Shown here: piece after piece, positions 1-12,885 of the stretch
Layout of the letters: every line of letters starts with the position of its first letter
Numbering within the stretch: position 1 is the first letter of the stretch
From: Eledone cirrhosa
Lineage: Eukaryota
Length of the DNA: 64,000 nucleotides
NCBI GenBank assembly: GCA_964016885.1
Contig: OZ024741.1
Coordinates: forward strand, 175,894,001 to 175,958,000
Direction: 5' to 3'
Notes under the pieces: model-generated
The model's input: the letters and a program-made list of their open reading frames with translations, nothing else
The model's database searches: none
What the model was told of the DNA's origin: nothing
Translations under genes and position numbers: made by a program

Positions 1-283
1 ATATATTATATTATATATATGTATACATATGTATGTATGTATATATATATATTTATATATATAAATATATATTTGTGTGTCTTTATATACGTATGTATAT
101 GTATATGTAAGTATGTAAGTATATATATGTATATATATATTCATATATATATATTATATTATATATATGTATACATATGTATGTATATATATATATTTAT
201 ATATATAAATATATATTTGTGTGTCTTTATATACGTATGTATATGTATATGTAAGTATGTAAGTATATATATCTATATATATA

Positions 284-317
<34 letters not shown>

Positions 318-335
318 TATATATATATATATAAA
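1..335. repeat. AT-rich compound microsatellite with a ~140-bp direct duplication
   Basis: Block 'tatgtatacatatgtatgta...ttgtgtgtctttatatacgtatg...gtaagtatgtaagta' occurs twice (from ~18 and ~166). Confidence 0.85.
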
Positions 336-601
336 CTCTTTTTCATAATAATTTTTCAGATTATGGTAAAATAAAGCTGTTTATAGTTCTTTCTTCTTTT
401 TCTCTTGGTAAAGCACACATATATACATATACGCACACACAATATACAGAAACACTACCGTATATACATATGTCCGTGTATAAAGGCATAATTTATATTT
501 CTATGTATGCGTCAATATATGTGTATATGTGCGTTTCTATCTCTATCTCTCTCTCTATCTCACTCTCTCTCTATTTATATATATACACACACATATATGT
601 G

Positions 602-679
<78 letters not shown>

Positions 680-687
680 ATTAAATA

Positions 688-731
<44 letters not shown>

Positions 732-739
732 ATTAAATA

Positions 740-795
<56 letters not shown>

Positions 796-803
796 ATTAA
801 ATA

Positions 804-867
<64 letters not shown>

Positions 868-871
868 TACT

Positions 872-913
<42 letters not shown>

Positions 914-987
914 TGGTGTGATCGACAGAACATATTTATGAGAAATTTATTCCTCCGTGTCCAACCATTAAAACTTTTTTGTTTCAC

Positions 988-1170
988 AGGCATTGTGTTA
1001 TGATGTTAACATATAAACTCTGCGGTTTGTGGTTCGATTCCACTGCTGCTAACCTTAGGGAAGGCGTTTCTGTCCTAACCTTTAATAGATCGGTGGCTTG
1101 TTAGCGAAATTCAGCCGAGGAAAACCGTGTGGAGACCCGTTATGTGTGTATCTATGTATGTTTCTGTGCA
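988..1170 (+). mobile_element. Degenerate tRNA-derived SINE
   Basis: B-box GGTTCGATTCC at ~1031, a CORE-like 'aaccttagggaaggcgtt', and a tail running into (TG)/(TA) repeats. Confidence 0.55.
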
Positions 1171-1172
1171 TA

Positions 1173-1280
<108 letters not shown>

Positions 1281-1318
1281 TGGGTGACCCTACAGTAAAT
1301 TCGCGTTACACTCCCTGG

Positions 1319-1365
<47 letters not shown>

Positions 1366-1485
1366 ATTTGTCAAGCTATTTAAACGTGTATATATATATA
1401 TACGTTATTCCGGGTTGAATCGGAGGTAACCACAGTAAGTAAGGTACTCAATACATAGCAGAGTATAATAGTTTTAATATAGATG

Positions 1486-1536
1486 AGATTCTACAGGACT
1501 AGAACTGTTTCATTCATTAGAAATCATCAGGAATCT
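1486..1536 (-). ncRNA. Type I hammerhead ribozyme (family A)
   Basis: Reverse complement of 3273-3323: AGAUUC-CUGAUGA-stem II-GAAA-CAG..CUG-UA-GAAUCU. Confidence 0.85.
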
Positions 1537-1719
1537 GGGTATCAAAAAATAAATATGGTATTTATAGGTCTCTACAAGTGGTAGGAGAGGGTGGGGAGTG
1601 GGATGGGTGCAGGTCATTGGTTGATAGAGAAGGGAATTCATTAAAGGCTAATTCTACATAGCTATAGTTAATTTATATTTATTTATGTTTTTAGAGTAAC
1701 AAAGGCAGACAGAATTCTA

Positions 1720-1900
1720 TATATATATATGTGTGTATGTATATATGTGTATATATGTATATATATATATGTGTGTATGTATATATGTGTGTGTATATGT
1801 GCGTTATATCTCTGTATATATATGTGTATATTTATGTATAGGTCTGTGTATGCATGTGTATGTTTGTGTATGTATGGATATATATATATATATATGTGTA

Positions 1901-1951
<51 letters not shown>

Positions 1952-2066
1952 TTGTATGTGTGTGTATAGAGAGATATATATATATATGTATGTATGTGTG
2001 TGTGTGTATGTATGTATATGTGTATATATATGTATATATGTATGTATATGTATATATGTATGTATA

Positions 2067-2111
<45 letters not shown>

Positions 2112-2144
2112 GTGTATGTGTGTGTGTATGTATGTGTGTATATG

Positions 2145-2185
<41 letters not shown>

Positions 2186-2488
2186 ATGTGTGTGTGTATA
2201 GATATTTATACATATGTATACTCGTGTTTGTATGTATGCGTGTGAGTGTATTTATTTGTGTATATATGTGTGTATGTGTGTATGTATGTGTATGTGTGTG
2301 TGTATCTGTGTGTGTGTGTATATATATATATATGTGTATATATATATATATATGTATGTATATGTATATATATATATATATATATTTGTGTATATATATG
2401 TATGTGTGTATATATATATGTATATATATATGTATGTATGTGTGTGTGTGTGTATGTGTGTATATATATATATGTGTATATATGTATA

Positions 2489-2558
<70 letters not shown>

Positions 2559-2820
2559 GTGTGCGTATGTATATGTGTATATGTATTTTATATATGTATG
2601 TATGTATGTATGTGTGTATGTATGTGCGTGTACATGAATATATATTTGTATATATTTATATATTTTTTTTATATATGTGTGTGTGTTTTTATGTGTGTAT
2701 TTGTGTTTATGTGTGTGTTTATGGTTGCGCGTAAGTGTGTGAGTGAGTATGTGTGTTTTTTTGTTTTTTTAGGTGTGGTTTTTTCTGTTTTTTTTGTTTT
2801 TTTGGGTTTTTTGTTTTTTT
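1720..2820. repeat. Compound (TA)n/(TG)n/(TATG)n microsatellite
   Basis: Direct reading; it explains the overlapping Y/I/C/V/M ORFs. Confidence 0.95.
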
Positions 2821-3272
2821 GTGAATGTGTCTGTTGATTTGGCATATTGTTGATTAGTTTAAGAGAAGTTCGAAGATAATAGTAAGATATGCACTCAGTA
2901 TTTTGAATCTGTCTGCAGAATTCCCTAGACCTTTGTCACTTAGCAGAACTTAATGACTTTAGCTTTTAAAGAATCTCCCTTTTCTTTAATTCTATCGAGC
3001 ATGAATGACCCCCCACTGATTTTATAGACATCTGCTAGCTTAAGAGAAACTTATTGACAAGGAATGGTATGCCATCCGGAACCTGTTTATAGAATTCTGT
3101 CTGCCTTTGTTACTCTAAAAACATAAATAAATATAAATTAACTATAGCTATGTAGAATTAGCCTTTAATGAATTCCCTTCTCTATCAACCAATGACCTGC
3201 ACCCATCCCACTCCCCACCCTCTCCTACCACTTGTAGAGACCTATAAATACCATATTTATTTTTTGATACCC

Positions 3273-3323
3273 AGATTCCTGATGATTTCTAATGAATGAA
3301 ACAGTTCTAGTCCTGTAGAATCT
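3273..3323 (+). ncRNA. Type I hammerhead ribozyme (family A)
   Basis: Stem I agattc/gaatct (6 bp), core CTGATGA 3279-3285, short stem II ttc-taat-gaa, GAAA 3298-3301, stem III acag/ctgt with CTAG in the loop, GUA cleavage triplet ending at 3317. Confidence 0.88.
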
Positions 3324-3335
3324 CATCTATATTAA

Positions 3336-3375
<40 letters not shown>

Positions 3376-3567
3376 GTTTAAATAGCTTGACAAATTGAAC
3401 ATTGCGGTAGGTAAAACCCAACCACACAATACCAAAGTAACGAAAGAACTAACAGGTTAAAAAACACAACTAAGGACCTACCCTTATTGAGTGCTTTGCT
3501 AACTCAATCCTATTGTAGGTCGGCTTTGCTTGGCCACAGCCAAAGCTTCGATTTCACTAAACTTCCA

Positions 3568-3612
<45 letters not shown>

Positions 3613-4026
3613 ATTTACCTATACACAAACTAGACAAAGTCATAGATATATATGTTTTTGGCAACCATTCACGATGTGGCTCAATAATGAATTAATAAAT
3701 TAAATAATCAGAGCAATATACAATTGGAAACATAATCCTGGTGTGTGTATATGCATATTTTCTTCTAACTTTAATTTTATACCTAATTGTGTATGGTCGA
3801 CGATATATTTAATCGATTTCCACGTGCTATTGAAATGCTGGGTAAATATTCTATAGCTGTTACTCGCGAAAAGATGGGTGTCGTTTTCTTTATCTATTAT
3901 TTCTTCATAGGTGCCTTTTAATCTTATAGCCTGGTTTAATTGTTTTTTTTGTGTGGTTGATTATGCTAATTGGGAGAGGAAATGGTGTATATATCTTATC
4001 AAATGATTCTATGGACATAATTTATA

Positions 4027-4060
<34 letters not shown>

Positions 4061-4063
<3 letters not shown>

Positions 4064-4419
4064 TAGTAACATGTGCTTACGCCGTATTTGACTAAAGAAA
4101 ATTGGTCTGTTAGTTGGGATTAAAAAAAACCCCTGAATGTAAATAAAAAAGGATGGTTATTGACGTACATGGGACACGAACCCACATCTTCGGTTTGTCG
4201 GACCAATGTGTTACAATTACACAAACACGCCACCCGTGGCATGGGTGGCGTGTTTGTGTACTGGTAACACATTGGTCCGACAAACCGAAGATGTGGGTTC
4301 GTGTCCCATGTAAGTCAATACTCACTCACCCCTTTCCATTCACAGAGTCTTTTTTTTAAAACCCCAACAGACAGACTAATTTTATTATTCAAATATGGCG
4401 TAAGCACATGTTACTACTT
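4061..4419. mobile_element. Head-to-head palindrome of a tRNA-derived SINE (~175-bp arms)
   Basis: Apex at 4231-4247. Each arm starts with a cloverleaf (acceptor ggcgtgt/gtacgtc, D-arm gtgt/acac, anticodon arm ttggt-ccGACaa-accga, T-arm gtggg-ttcgtgt-cccat) and ends 'ggcgtaagcacatgttactac'. Confidence 0.8.
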
Positions 4420-4474
4420 AATTTTCAAATTCGCTAGCGATTCGGAAAGAAAGTATGCTTTGTGTCTCCTCCTC

Positions 4475-4553
<79 letters not shown>

Positions 4554-5097
4554 CCAAATAAAGAGACATATGTATATACAGAGAGAGAAAGAGCCTTATA
4601 TTACACAGGAAACACCGTATATTGTATATATACCAAATACATATTCAATAGAAGAATATGTACACAGATGGATTCATAAGTGAAACCTTATAGCGCTATT
4701 TCATACCTGGAGAGTAAGGCTAAAAATCGATCTATATAATCGATCATCGAAAGAAGTAAAAAATCAATCAATACATTCGATCCTCGAAGACAAACTATCG
4801 ATTATGATTAAACCACATGAGAATCAGGTACTGTTCAGAGGTTTAGTCACACTATTCTAAGAGAAATATAGAATGAAGATGGTAAATAAATCAATATACT
4901 TGGGAATATCCACAGCTAAGTCCAACGCATCCACCATGTTATGAAGCACATGATGAATTACGCTAGACAGGAGGCAAATAAATATCCCCGCTAGAAATAG
5001 GAGCGGTAATTATAGCCACCAAGGTTTGGAGCCGATAAATACAAATAATGAATCAAAACATCAAATATGTTGAGAATATATATATATATATACACAT

Positions 5098-5380
5098 GGA
5101 AGCATATGGCCTAGTTGTAAGGGTGTTGGACGTATGAACATAACGTCGTGGGTTCAATACCTTGACTGGGTTGTGTGCTGAGTTCATCAGCAAAACACTT
5201 CATTTCATTTTGATCCAGTATACTCAACTGAAAATGAGTACCAGCAATAGCTGAGAGTTTAACCCTGCGATGGTCTGGCGTCCTGTTCAAGGGGGAGTAT
5301 TGTACTTTCAGTCACGCCATGGAAACCGGGATAAACACTGGCCTGATGATCGTCCGGGCTTGAGACAGTCTTTAAACTTT
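5098..5380 (+). mobile_element. tRNA-derived CORE-type SINE
   Basis: A-box-like 'tggcctagttg', B-box-like 'gggttcaatacc', core 'agcaaaacacttcatttc', then 'aaaatgagtaccagc' and 'ccctgcgatggtctggcgtcctgttcaagggg'. Relatives at ~13320, 30290, 34090, 57970 and 61900. Confidence 0.7.
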
Positions 5381-5390
5381 ATATATATAT

Positions 5391-7020
5391 GATAATAAGG
5401 GCGCTGCGGAGTTGCAAATGCGTTACATATGAAAAAGGTTTGTCCTTCATCAGTGATCTTCCAACCATCATAGGCATTTCATCGCTTTAAAGACCATGGT
5501 ACGAGCAACGGCTAAAAAAAGTCGTTGGGACACGTAAATAAAGGGGACGCGAGGGTAAACAAACAAAATGGTGAAGCAACAGAAAGTGAGGAAGAAAGAG
5601 ACAAGTCCCAGATTTCTATGAATTTAAGTTCGGTGAAATCGTGAACAAGAGAATAAAGACCATCAAACCTGGTTGAAATGTGAGCAAGGAAAGAATCTCG
5701 CACAGGTCTAACGGGAGGAAGAAGGGGTCTGGTCTGCGAATTCGGTAAACATAAGTTCTGTGAAATCGTAGACGAGAGAGAGAAAAAACTTCTGACCAGC
5801 TTGGCCGAGAATGTGAGAGAAAAGAATTACTCACAGGTCAAACGGGAAGAAAGAGGAGGAGGAGAGGTAGTGACAGAGAATGAGTGAGTGAAGGGTGAGG
5901 AAGAGGCTAACAGAGAGAGAGAGACTGCTAGAAAGGGTAAAGATACATAGAACGAAAAAGACGGGAGCAGCAGAGGAAAAAATATGTGTAAATATGATAA
6001 TAAGGGCGCTGCGGAGTTGCAAATGGGTTACATATGAAAAAAGTTTGTCCTTCATCAGTGATCTTCCAACCATCATAGGCATTTCATCGCTTTAAAGACC
6101 ATATACCTCCGGTTGGTGCGAGCAACGGCTAAAAAAAGTCGTTGGGACACGTAAATAAAGGGGACGCGAGGGTAAACAAACAAAATGGTGAAGCAACAGA
6201 AAGTGAGGAAGAAAGAGACAAGTCCCAGATTTCTATGAATTTAAGTTCGGTGAAATCGTGAACAAGAGAATAAAGACCATCAAACCTGGTTGAAATGTGA
6301 GCAAGGAAGGAATTTCGCACAGGTCTAACGGGAGGAAGAAGGGGTCTGGTCTGCGAATTCGGTAAACATAAGTTCTGTGAAATCGTAGACGAGAGAGAGA
6401 AAAAAACTTCCGACCAGCTTGGCCGAGAATGTGAGAGAAAATAATTACTCACAAGTCAAACGGGAAGAAAGAGGAGGAGGAGAAGTAGTGACAGAGAATG
6501 AGTGAGTGGAGGGTGAGGAAGAGGCTAACAGAGAGAGAGACTGCTAGAAAGGGTACAGATACATAGAACGAAAAAGACGGGGAGCAGCAGAGGAAAAAAT
6601 ATGTGTAAATATGATAATAAGGGCGCTGCGGAGTTGCAAATGGGTTACATATGAAAAAAGTTTGTCCTGCATCAGTGATCTTCCAACCATCATAGGCATT
6701 TCATCGCTTTAAAGACCATATACCTCCGGTTGGTGCGAGCAACGGCTAAAAAAAGTCGTTGGGACACGTAAATAAAGGGGACGCGAGGGTAAACAAACAA
6801 AATGGTGAAGCAACAGAAAGTGAGGAAGAAAGAGACAAGTCCCAGATTTCTATGAATTTAAGTTCGGTGAAATCGTGAACGAGAGAATAAAGACCATCAA
6901 ACCTGGTTCAAATGTGAGCAAGGAAGGAATTTCGCACAGGTCTAACGGGAGGAAGAAGGGGTCTGGTCAGCGAATTCGGTAAACATAAGTTCTGTGAAAT
7001 CGTAGACGAGACAGAGAAAA
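5391..7020. repeat. Tandem repeat, unit ~605-617 bp, ~2.7 copies
   Basis: 'gataataagggcgctgcggagttgc' starts at 5391, 5996 and 6613. The units are nearly identical and (TA)n lies on both sides. Confidence 0.95.
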
Positions 7021-7051
<31 letters not shown>

Positions 7052-7489
7052 TACTATGCAGACGTTCCAGCTTTTTTTTTTCTAACTAGGTCTCAATGAC
7101 CACAATTACATTCAATGCCATGTTACATTCAATGCACATCACTAGCTCTGAAAGAATATAAGAGACATCATGACAACCTAGCAAGGTTAGTCGATTAGGC
7201 ACAGAAAAGTGGGACAGACAGAGCAGAAAAGTGGGACGAACATAAGACTGAGAGATTTATCGAAAATTATAATGTAAAGATCCTGTGAGACTTTGTGATA
7301 CAGTGTGACCATGAGATTGAGCATAGACGCCAGATATTGTATTAATTAAGAAAGACAGCAAACAGATATAGTCTGTCCAGCTGATAACGAAGTAGGCAAT
7401 AAAGAAGGAAAAACATTGATAGATATGACAAGTTAGCTTTGGCGATAAAGCAGTTGTGGTCACTGAACATGTGGTGGTAATAATAGTGT

Positions 7490-7737
7490 GTGGTAATAAT
7501 ATTTGGAGTCTTGGAAACAGCGAGAAAAGATCTTTAGAAGTATATTAAACAAATAGGGATTGCAATATGGATGGAACAATTACAAAACACAACATTGCCT
7601 GGAACAAATCTAATACTCCGGAGGGTACTCGAAAAATAAAGGCTATTACCTCAGTCCACTGGTAGTGAACAACTAACACTGTAATACATGTTCAGCGTTA
7701 GAAGCTGAACGAAGAAACAATAATAAAAATAACAATT
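7490..7737 (+). mobile_element. 5'-truncated 3' end of a Dong/R4-like REL LINE
   Basis: Translates as ..YIKQIGIAIWMEQLQNTTLPGTNLILRRVLEK*, matching the 'LQK..LLGT..ILR.VL' C-terminus of REL elements. A short UTR and a (TAA)-like tail follow. Confidence 0.6.
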
Positions 7738-8354
7738 GTATTAGAACAAGAAATAATTAAGTTGACATATAAAATATTACACACACAGACATAACACACC
7801 TACCTTCGCCTTGCTAACGAAATAGCTAAACTTTAATCGAAAGGCGATATAACAAGTCCAAAATGAGAAAATGATTGCGTGAAATTATAAATGAGACCTT
7901 TTCAGTCATTATTACATAGCATAGCTTGTGTGTCTGTCATAACTAAAATTTCGACTATTTATGTTATATTATAAAACGAAAATGACTGTAATCAAAGAAG
8001 GAACTGTGGAATTAATATTTGGCCAGCTAACTCGGTCAAATTGTGCAATGTGTCATTGAAGGTCATTAGAGCTAACACATTTTGGTAAATTTATTCTAGC
8101 GAATAAAACCTATTTCGTATAAATAACGTTAGATAATTATGAAATTAGAATTATAAATAATAGAAATCGAACGTTCCGCTGGAAAGGTGCCATTGCAAAG
8201 TCTCAATAGGATTAGTTGATATTCTAAGATTCTCTAATTTAAAACGCATTGGATATTAGGATAGATTTCTATGAATTAGTAAATTAAAATCGATAGGCAC
8301 ACACACAGAGACACAACACAAATATATATATATATATGTATATACATGTATATA

Positions 8355-8440
<86 letters not shown>

Positions 8441-9289
8441 TATATACATATATATATACATATATATATGCATATATATATATATATATATATAGTTATA
8501 CTTGATAACAACACAACGGTAGGATAGAAAACATAGAAGTTAGAATAATATCTAAACATAGAAATGACCCACCAGATAGGCAAATCAGAGAGTCCAGCGA
8601 AATAGAACTTAGAAGGCCAAGGCTTAACAGAAAAGATGAATGGAATAACAACAACATCCAAACAGACAACACTTAAGTATAAATAAATAAATAAATAAAT
8701 ACATACACAGAAGTATAAATAAATAAATAAATAAATACATACACAAGCACAATAACAGCAAACACATATAAACACACACTAGTAAACTAAGATAGAATAC
8801 ATTAACACAGTGACCCAAACAAGAACACACATCAAACAAAACACTATACACACACGCAAACGCAAGCGCAGAGAAGACAAAAAAATAAACAAATAAATAA
8901 ATAAATAAACAGACTAAATAAAGATGGCGTAAGCATACAATGCAACGGGAGGAAACGTAATAGCAACACTGACGATGTTGCAGATGTGCAACGAAAAAAC
9001 TTTGATAGACTATATATATGTGTTTGTGTCAATATTGTATCTGTATTTTTGACCGTTGGTCAGTCAATGGTAACATTGAGGACCGAATAAATTAAATTAA
9101 CCGATATAAAAGACACAGAAGCGAAAACCAACCAAACAGTGATTGTGTTCTGTTATTAATTCTGGCAATATTATTACCCAAATATGACCCTCTCCAAGTA
9201 TAACAATATTTGTTTCGACACACGATTTCATATCAAAAACCTCGTAAAACTAATTCATCGCCGTTATATATATATATATATATATATAT

Positions 9290-9500
9290 TTTTATTTTTA
9301 TTTTATAGAAGGAGCTTCTACAGGACTAGTACTGTTTCATTCAGATGAAATCTTCAGGAGCTTCCTGAAGATTTCATCTGAATGAAACAGTACTAGTCCT
9401 GTAGAAGCTCCTTCTATAAAATAAAAAAATGTTACTCTGCCATGTATTGAGTACCTTACTTACTGTGGTTATCCCCGACTCAACCCGGGACCTACGTATA
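9290..9500 (+). mobile_element. Family A mini fold-back element
   Basis: Palindrome ~9295-9427 with apex at ~9357-9364, then the tail 'tactctgccatgtattgagtaccttacttactgtggtta..caacccggga' shared with 1402-1466, 37605-37660 and 48748-48794. (TA)n flanks. Confidence 0.85.
9357..9411 (+). ncRNA. Type I hammerhead ribozyme (family A)
   Basis: Stem I ggagcttc/gaagctcc (covaries with agattc/gaatct of 3273), core CTGAAGA, stem II ttc-atct-gaa, GAAA, stem III cag-tACTAGTc-ctg, GUA triplet. Confidence 0.88.
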
Positions 9501-9516
9501 TATATATATATATATA

Positions 9517-9701
9517 TAACGAAGGAAATGTGGTAAGGAACCAGGTGGACCATAACGCACCAAAGTACTCAATACTTGAGGTAGTAGAGTGGGTAATAGG
9601 AACCAGTAAGACCCCGACAGCTGAGCTCAAGCCGTTTCGACGGTCCAGAATTAGCCGTCGAAACGGCTTGAGCTCAGCTGTCGGGGTCTTACTGGTTCCT
9701 A
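9517..9701. mobile_element. Family B fold-back element carrying only the 3' half of an HHR
   Basis: Palindrome 9597-9701 containing 'agccgtc-GAAA-cggct-tGAGCTC-agctg-TC-ggggtc'. The tail is shared with 19731-19890, 25617-25797 and 47520-47652. Confidence 0.75.
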
Positions 9702-10624
9702 TATATATATATATATATATATATAAATGTATATTGTTATACTTGTTATACTTGTTGGTTTCCAGTTCAATTTATTATATGTTGGCTGATTGGTTCGATT
9801 ACCGGAAGGTTGTTTATATATTGTCAAGGCTTTTTCGTCACACATTAAAAAATGAATTATATATATACATATATACATATATATTAGCAGTACCATTAAC
9901 ATGACGTGCTTCTAATAGGGATATATATGAAAGCGTAAGCTATATGTTTCTATGTCATATGTATGCAAATATCTGGCGATAAATGACTTTAGCTGTGATC
10001 ATGTCATACTTATATCACTAAGCCGTTGAGAACGCCAAACAGCTTGTGAATTTTTATCCTCCACCGGTGGCATTTATTCATTGGGTACTGAAACGAGTAT
10101 ACGATAAAGCATATATAAAATTTTGCGAATGAACATCGTCTGGAGATGCGTAGTTGCTTATAGTGCGAGCTTGACCGGCTAGGATAAATTACCAATAGCG
10201 CTGAGATAGCAATAGCTTACATAGCGTCGTTCATACATAATAAGGATGTATATGAAAGCATATAAGATATGTTAATATATAATAAACATACAAGAGTCTC
10301 GCTAAGAATATATCGGCGATCATGCCACGGTGATCATGCTACGGCTACCTCAATAGATATTAAATTCATGACATTAGTGAAATGCACACACTCTGTATTG
10401 ATATGAGAATAAAGTAAAGCTTATTTGAAATATTGCCGAAGATGCTCATTAGCATACAGTGTAAACAAAACATGGGCATATGATATACAGACGCCCCCCC
10501 CCCCCCACACACACAACACTTACACACACATACACTCACATACACACACACAACACGGATATATATATATATATATTGAGAGAGAGAGTGATACAGACAC
10601 TAATTGATAAAGACATATATTTCT

Positions 10625-10920
10625 ATTTATATACACGCATATATTTGCATATATGTATACACGTGTATATTTGCATGTATAAATAGACGACTGTATTTAC
10701 ATATATGTATAAACGTGTATATCTGCATATATTTGCATATGTGTATACAAACATTTAATATCTGCATACACGTATAGATTTGCATATAAATATCTGCACG
10801 CATATATTTGCATATATGCATGCAAACATTTAATTGCTATATATTCATACATAAATATCTGCATATACGCATACATACATATTTGCATATATGCATACAA
10901 ACAAATTTGCATATGTATTT
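10625..10920. repeat. Degenerate (TGCATATA)-type low-complexity repeat
   Basis: Recurrent 'tttgcatata' and 'atctgcata' motifs. Confidence 0.6.
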
Positions 10921-11096
10921 ATATATACATACATTTCATTTCATATATGTATACATACATTTATTTGTATATAAGTATATATGTGTGCTTATACATATGT
11001 GTGCATGCATGTATACTTACATGTATATCATATATATATGTGTACATGTATGTTTATATCCTTGCATATACTTGTATATTGTATGTACCTAACCTC

Positions 11097-11192
<96 letters not shown>

Positions 11193-11223
11193 TTATATGT
11201 ATATATATATATGTATATATACA

Positions 11224-11301
<78 letters not shown>

Positions 11302-11303
11302 TG

Positions 11304-11385
<82 letters not shown>

Positions 11386-11744
11386 TTTATATATTATACA
11401 TATGTATGTATCGCTCTCAAAACTGGTTATCTCTACTGACTTGAAATTTATGTTTCTACAAACAGAAAATAAGGAAAAAGTGATGTTTGTATTTGCGTCG
11501 TTGTAGGAGTGGTACTGAAATATGCAAAGGCGCTTTATAGGCAACATATAAAACAAATTGACAAACAAGTTTGAATGTCAAGTGAACATTGCAAAATCCA
11601 ATTTTTCTTCGGAGTTCCAGTAAAGAAACTTGCTTATCGCAAACAACAACAATGACGACGATAATAACGATGTTTGATTTAGACACAAGGTCAACCAACT
11701 GGAAAATCGATTCCATCGACATAACTTCTTAATTGATATTTTGT

Positions 11745-12885
11745 TTTATCCACTTCAGGAGAAAGGAAGACATTTTCTACCTCGGTGGGATTTGAACTGA
11801 GAACGTAAAGATAAGTATTTGTCCGACGCTCTGGCGACCTTTTTCATCAACTGTTAATAATTATTACAAATAACAACAGCACTGATGATAATGGTTTCTG
11901 ATTTAGACACAAGCCCAACAATTTTAGGGGAGGGGAAAGTCGATTAAATCGACCCCAGTGCATTACTGGGGCTTTATTTTATTACCCCATAAGGATGAAA
12001 GGCAAAGGTAACCTCGGTGGGATTTAAACTCAGAACGTAAAGGGCCTTAACTTTAAGCTGCAAAGCATGGTGTCTGACGCTGTACCAAATCAGCCAATCC
12101 ATCGCCATAAACAACATTCATGACAATGATTTCTCGTATAGGCACAAAGCCAGTAATTTGGGGGAGAGGGGAAAGTCGATTAAATCGACCCTAGTGCGTA
12201 ACTGGTACTTTATTTTATCGACCTCGTAAGGATGAAAGACAAAGCTAAGCTCGTTGGGATTTGAACTCAGAACGTAAAGGGTTGTAACTCTAAGCTAGAA
12301 TGCATGGTGTCTGACGTTCTACCGATTCTGCAAATCAACCGCCCTAACAGCATTCATGATAATGATAATCATGTTGATGATGATAATTGCAATCTATTTC
12401 AATGGTGCAATATTATACAAGAGTTATTTTGTTTGCACTGAATATTTCCCTAGACCCACTGTACTTATTTTTAATCGACTTTCAATTCTGGTATACCTGT
12501 TTCACGGTAAATATATTATCATTGTTATCTCTATCATGGTAGGCGGCGAATGGGTGGAATCGTTAGAACGTTGGATAGAAAGCATTGCATTATTTATGCG
12601 ACCCCATAAGGATGAAAGACAAAGTTAACCTCGGCGGGATTTGAACTCAATTCATATAGCCCTTTATGAACTGAGTTCAAATCCTGCCGAGGTTAACTTT
12701 GCCTTTCATCCTTACGGGGTCGATAAACGAAAGCGCCAGTAATGCACTAGGATAATTGCTGGCCTTGTGTCAAAAGTAGAAATAATTATTTCTGTATTCT
12801 CTGAGTTCAAATCTGACTGAAGTCAACTACAGCTTTCATCCGTTGGCTGATGATATAAAAACTATCAATCAAGTTATTGGGGCAA
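11745..12885. mobile_element. Cluster of about 6 tRNA-derived Meta-domain SINE copies or fragments (octopus-type)
   Basis: Repeated 'gagttcaaatcccgccgaggttaactttgcctttcatccttacggggtcgataaa..gtaccagt' on both strands (minus ~11895-12108 and 12128-12345; inverted pair 12598-12723). Confidence 0.85.

Larger units (their letters stand above)
1366..3397. mobile_element. Fold-back PLE-type element (family A) with ~250-bp inverted arms around a microsatellite core
   Basis: 1470-1719 is the reverse complement of 3088-3340. Outer 'aatttgtcaagctatttaaacgtg' (1366) is inverted at ~3373-3397. (TA)n flanks, and each arm carries an HHR. Confidence 0.85.

Noticed and set aside
4160-4317. Two apparent tRNA genes with a GAC anticodon
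   Set aside because: T-loop and D-loop are non-canonical, a homologue at 62965 has a different anticodon, and a shared repeat tail follows. These are SINE heads.
9311-9411. Viroid-like RNA with ribozymes in both polarities
   Set aside because: The two polarities are the same sequence mirrored by inversion, not independent sense and antisense ribozymes. There is no evidence of circularity.
11745-12885. CRISPR-like or regular repeat array
   Set aside because: Spacing is irregular, orientation is mixed, the context is eukaryotic, and the repeats are SINE copies.
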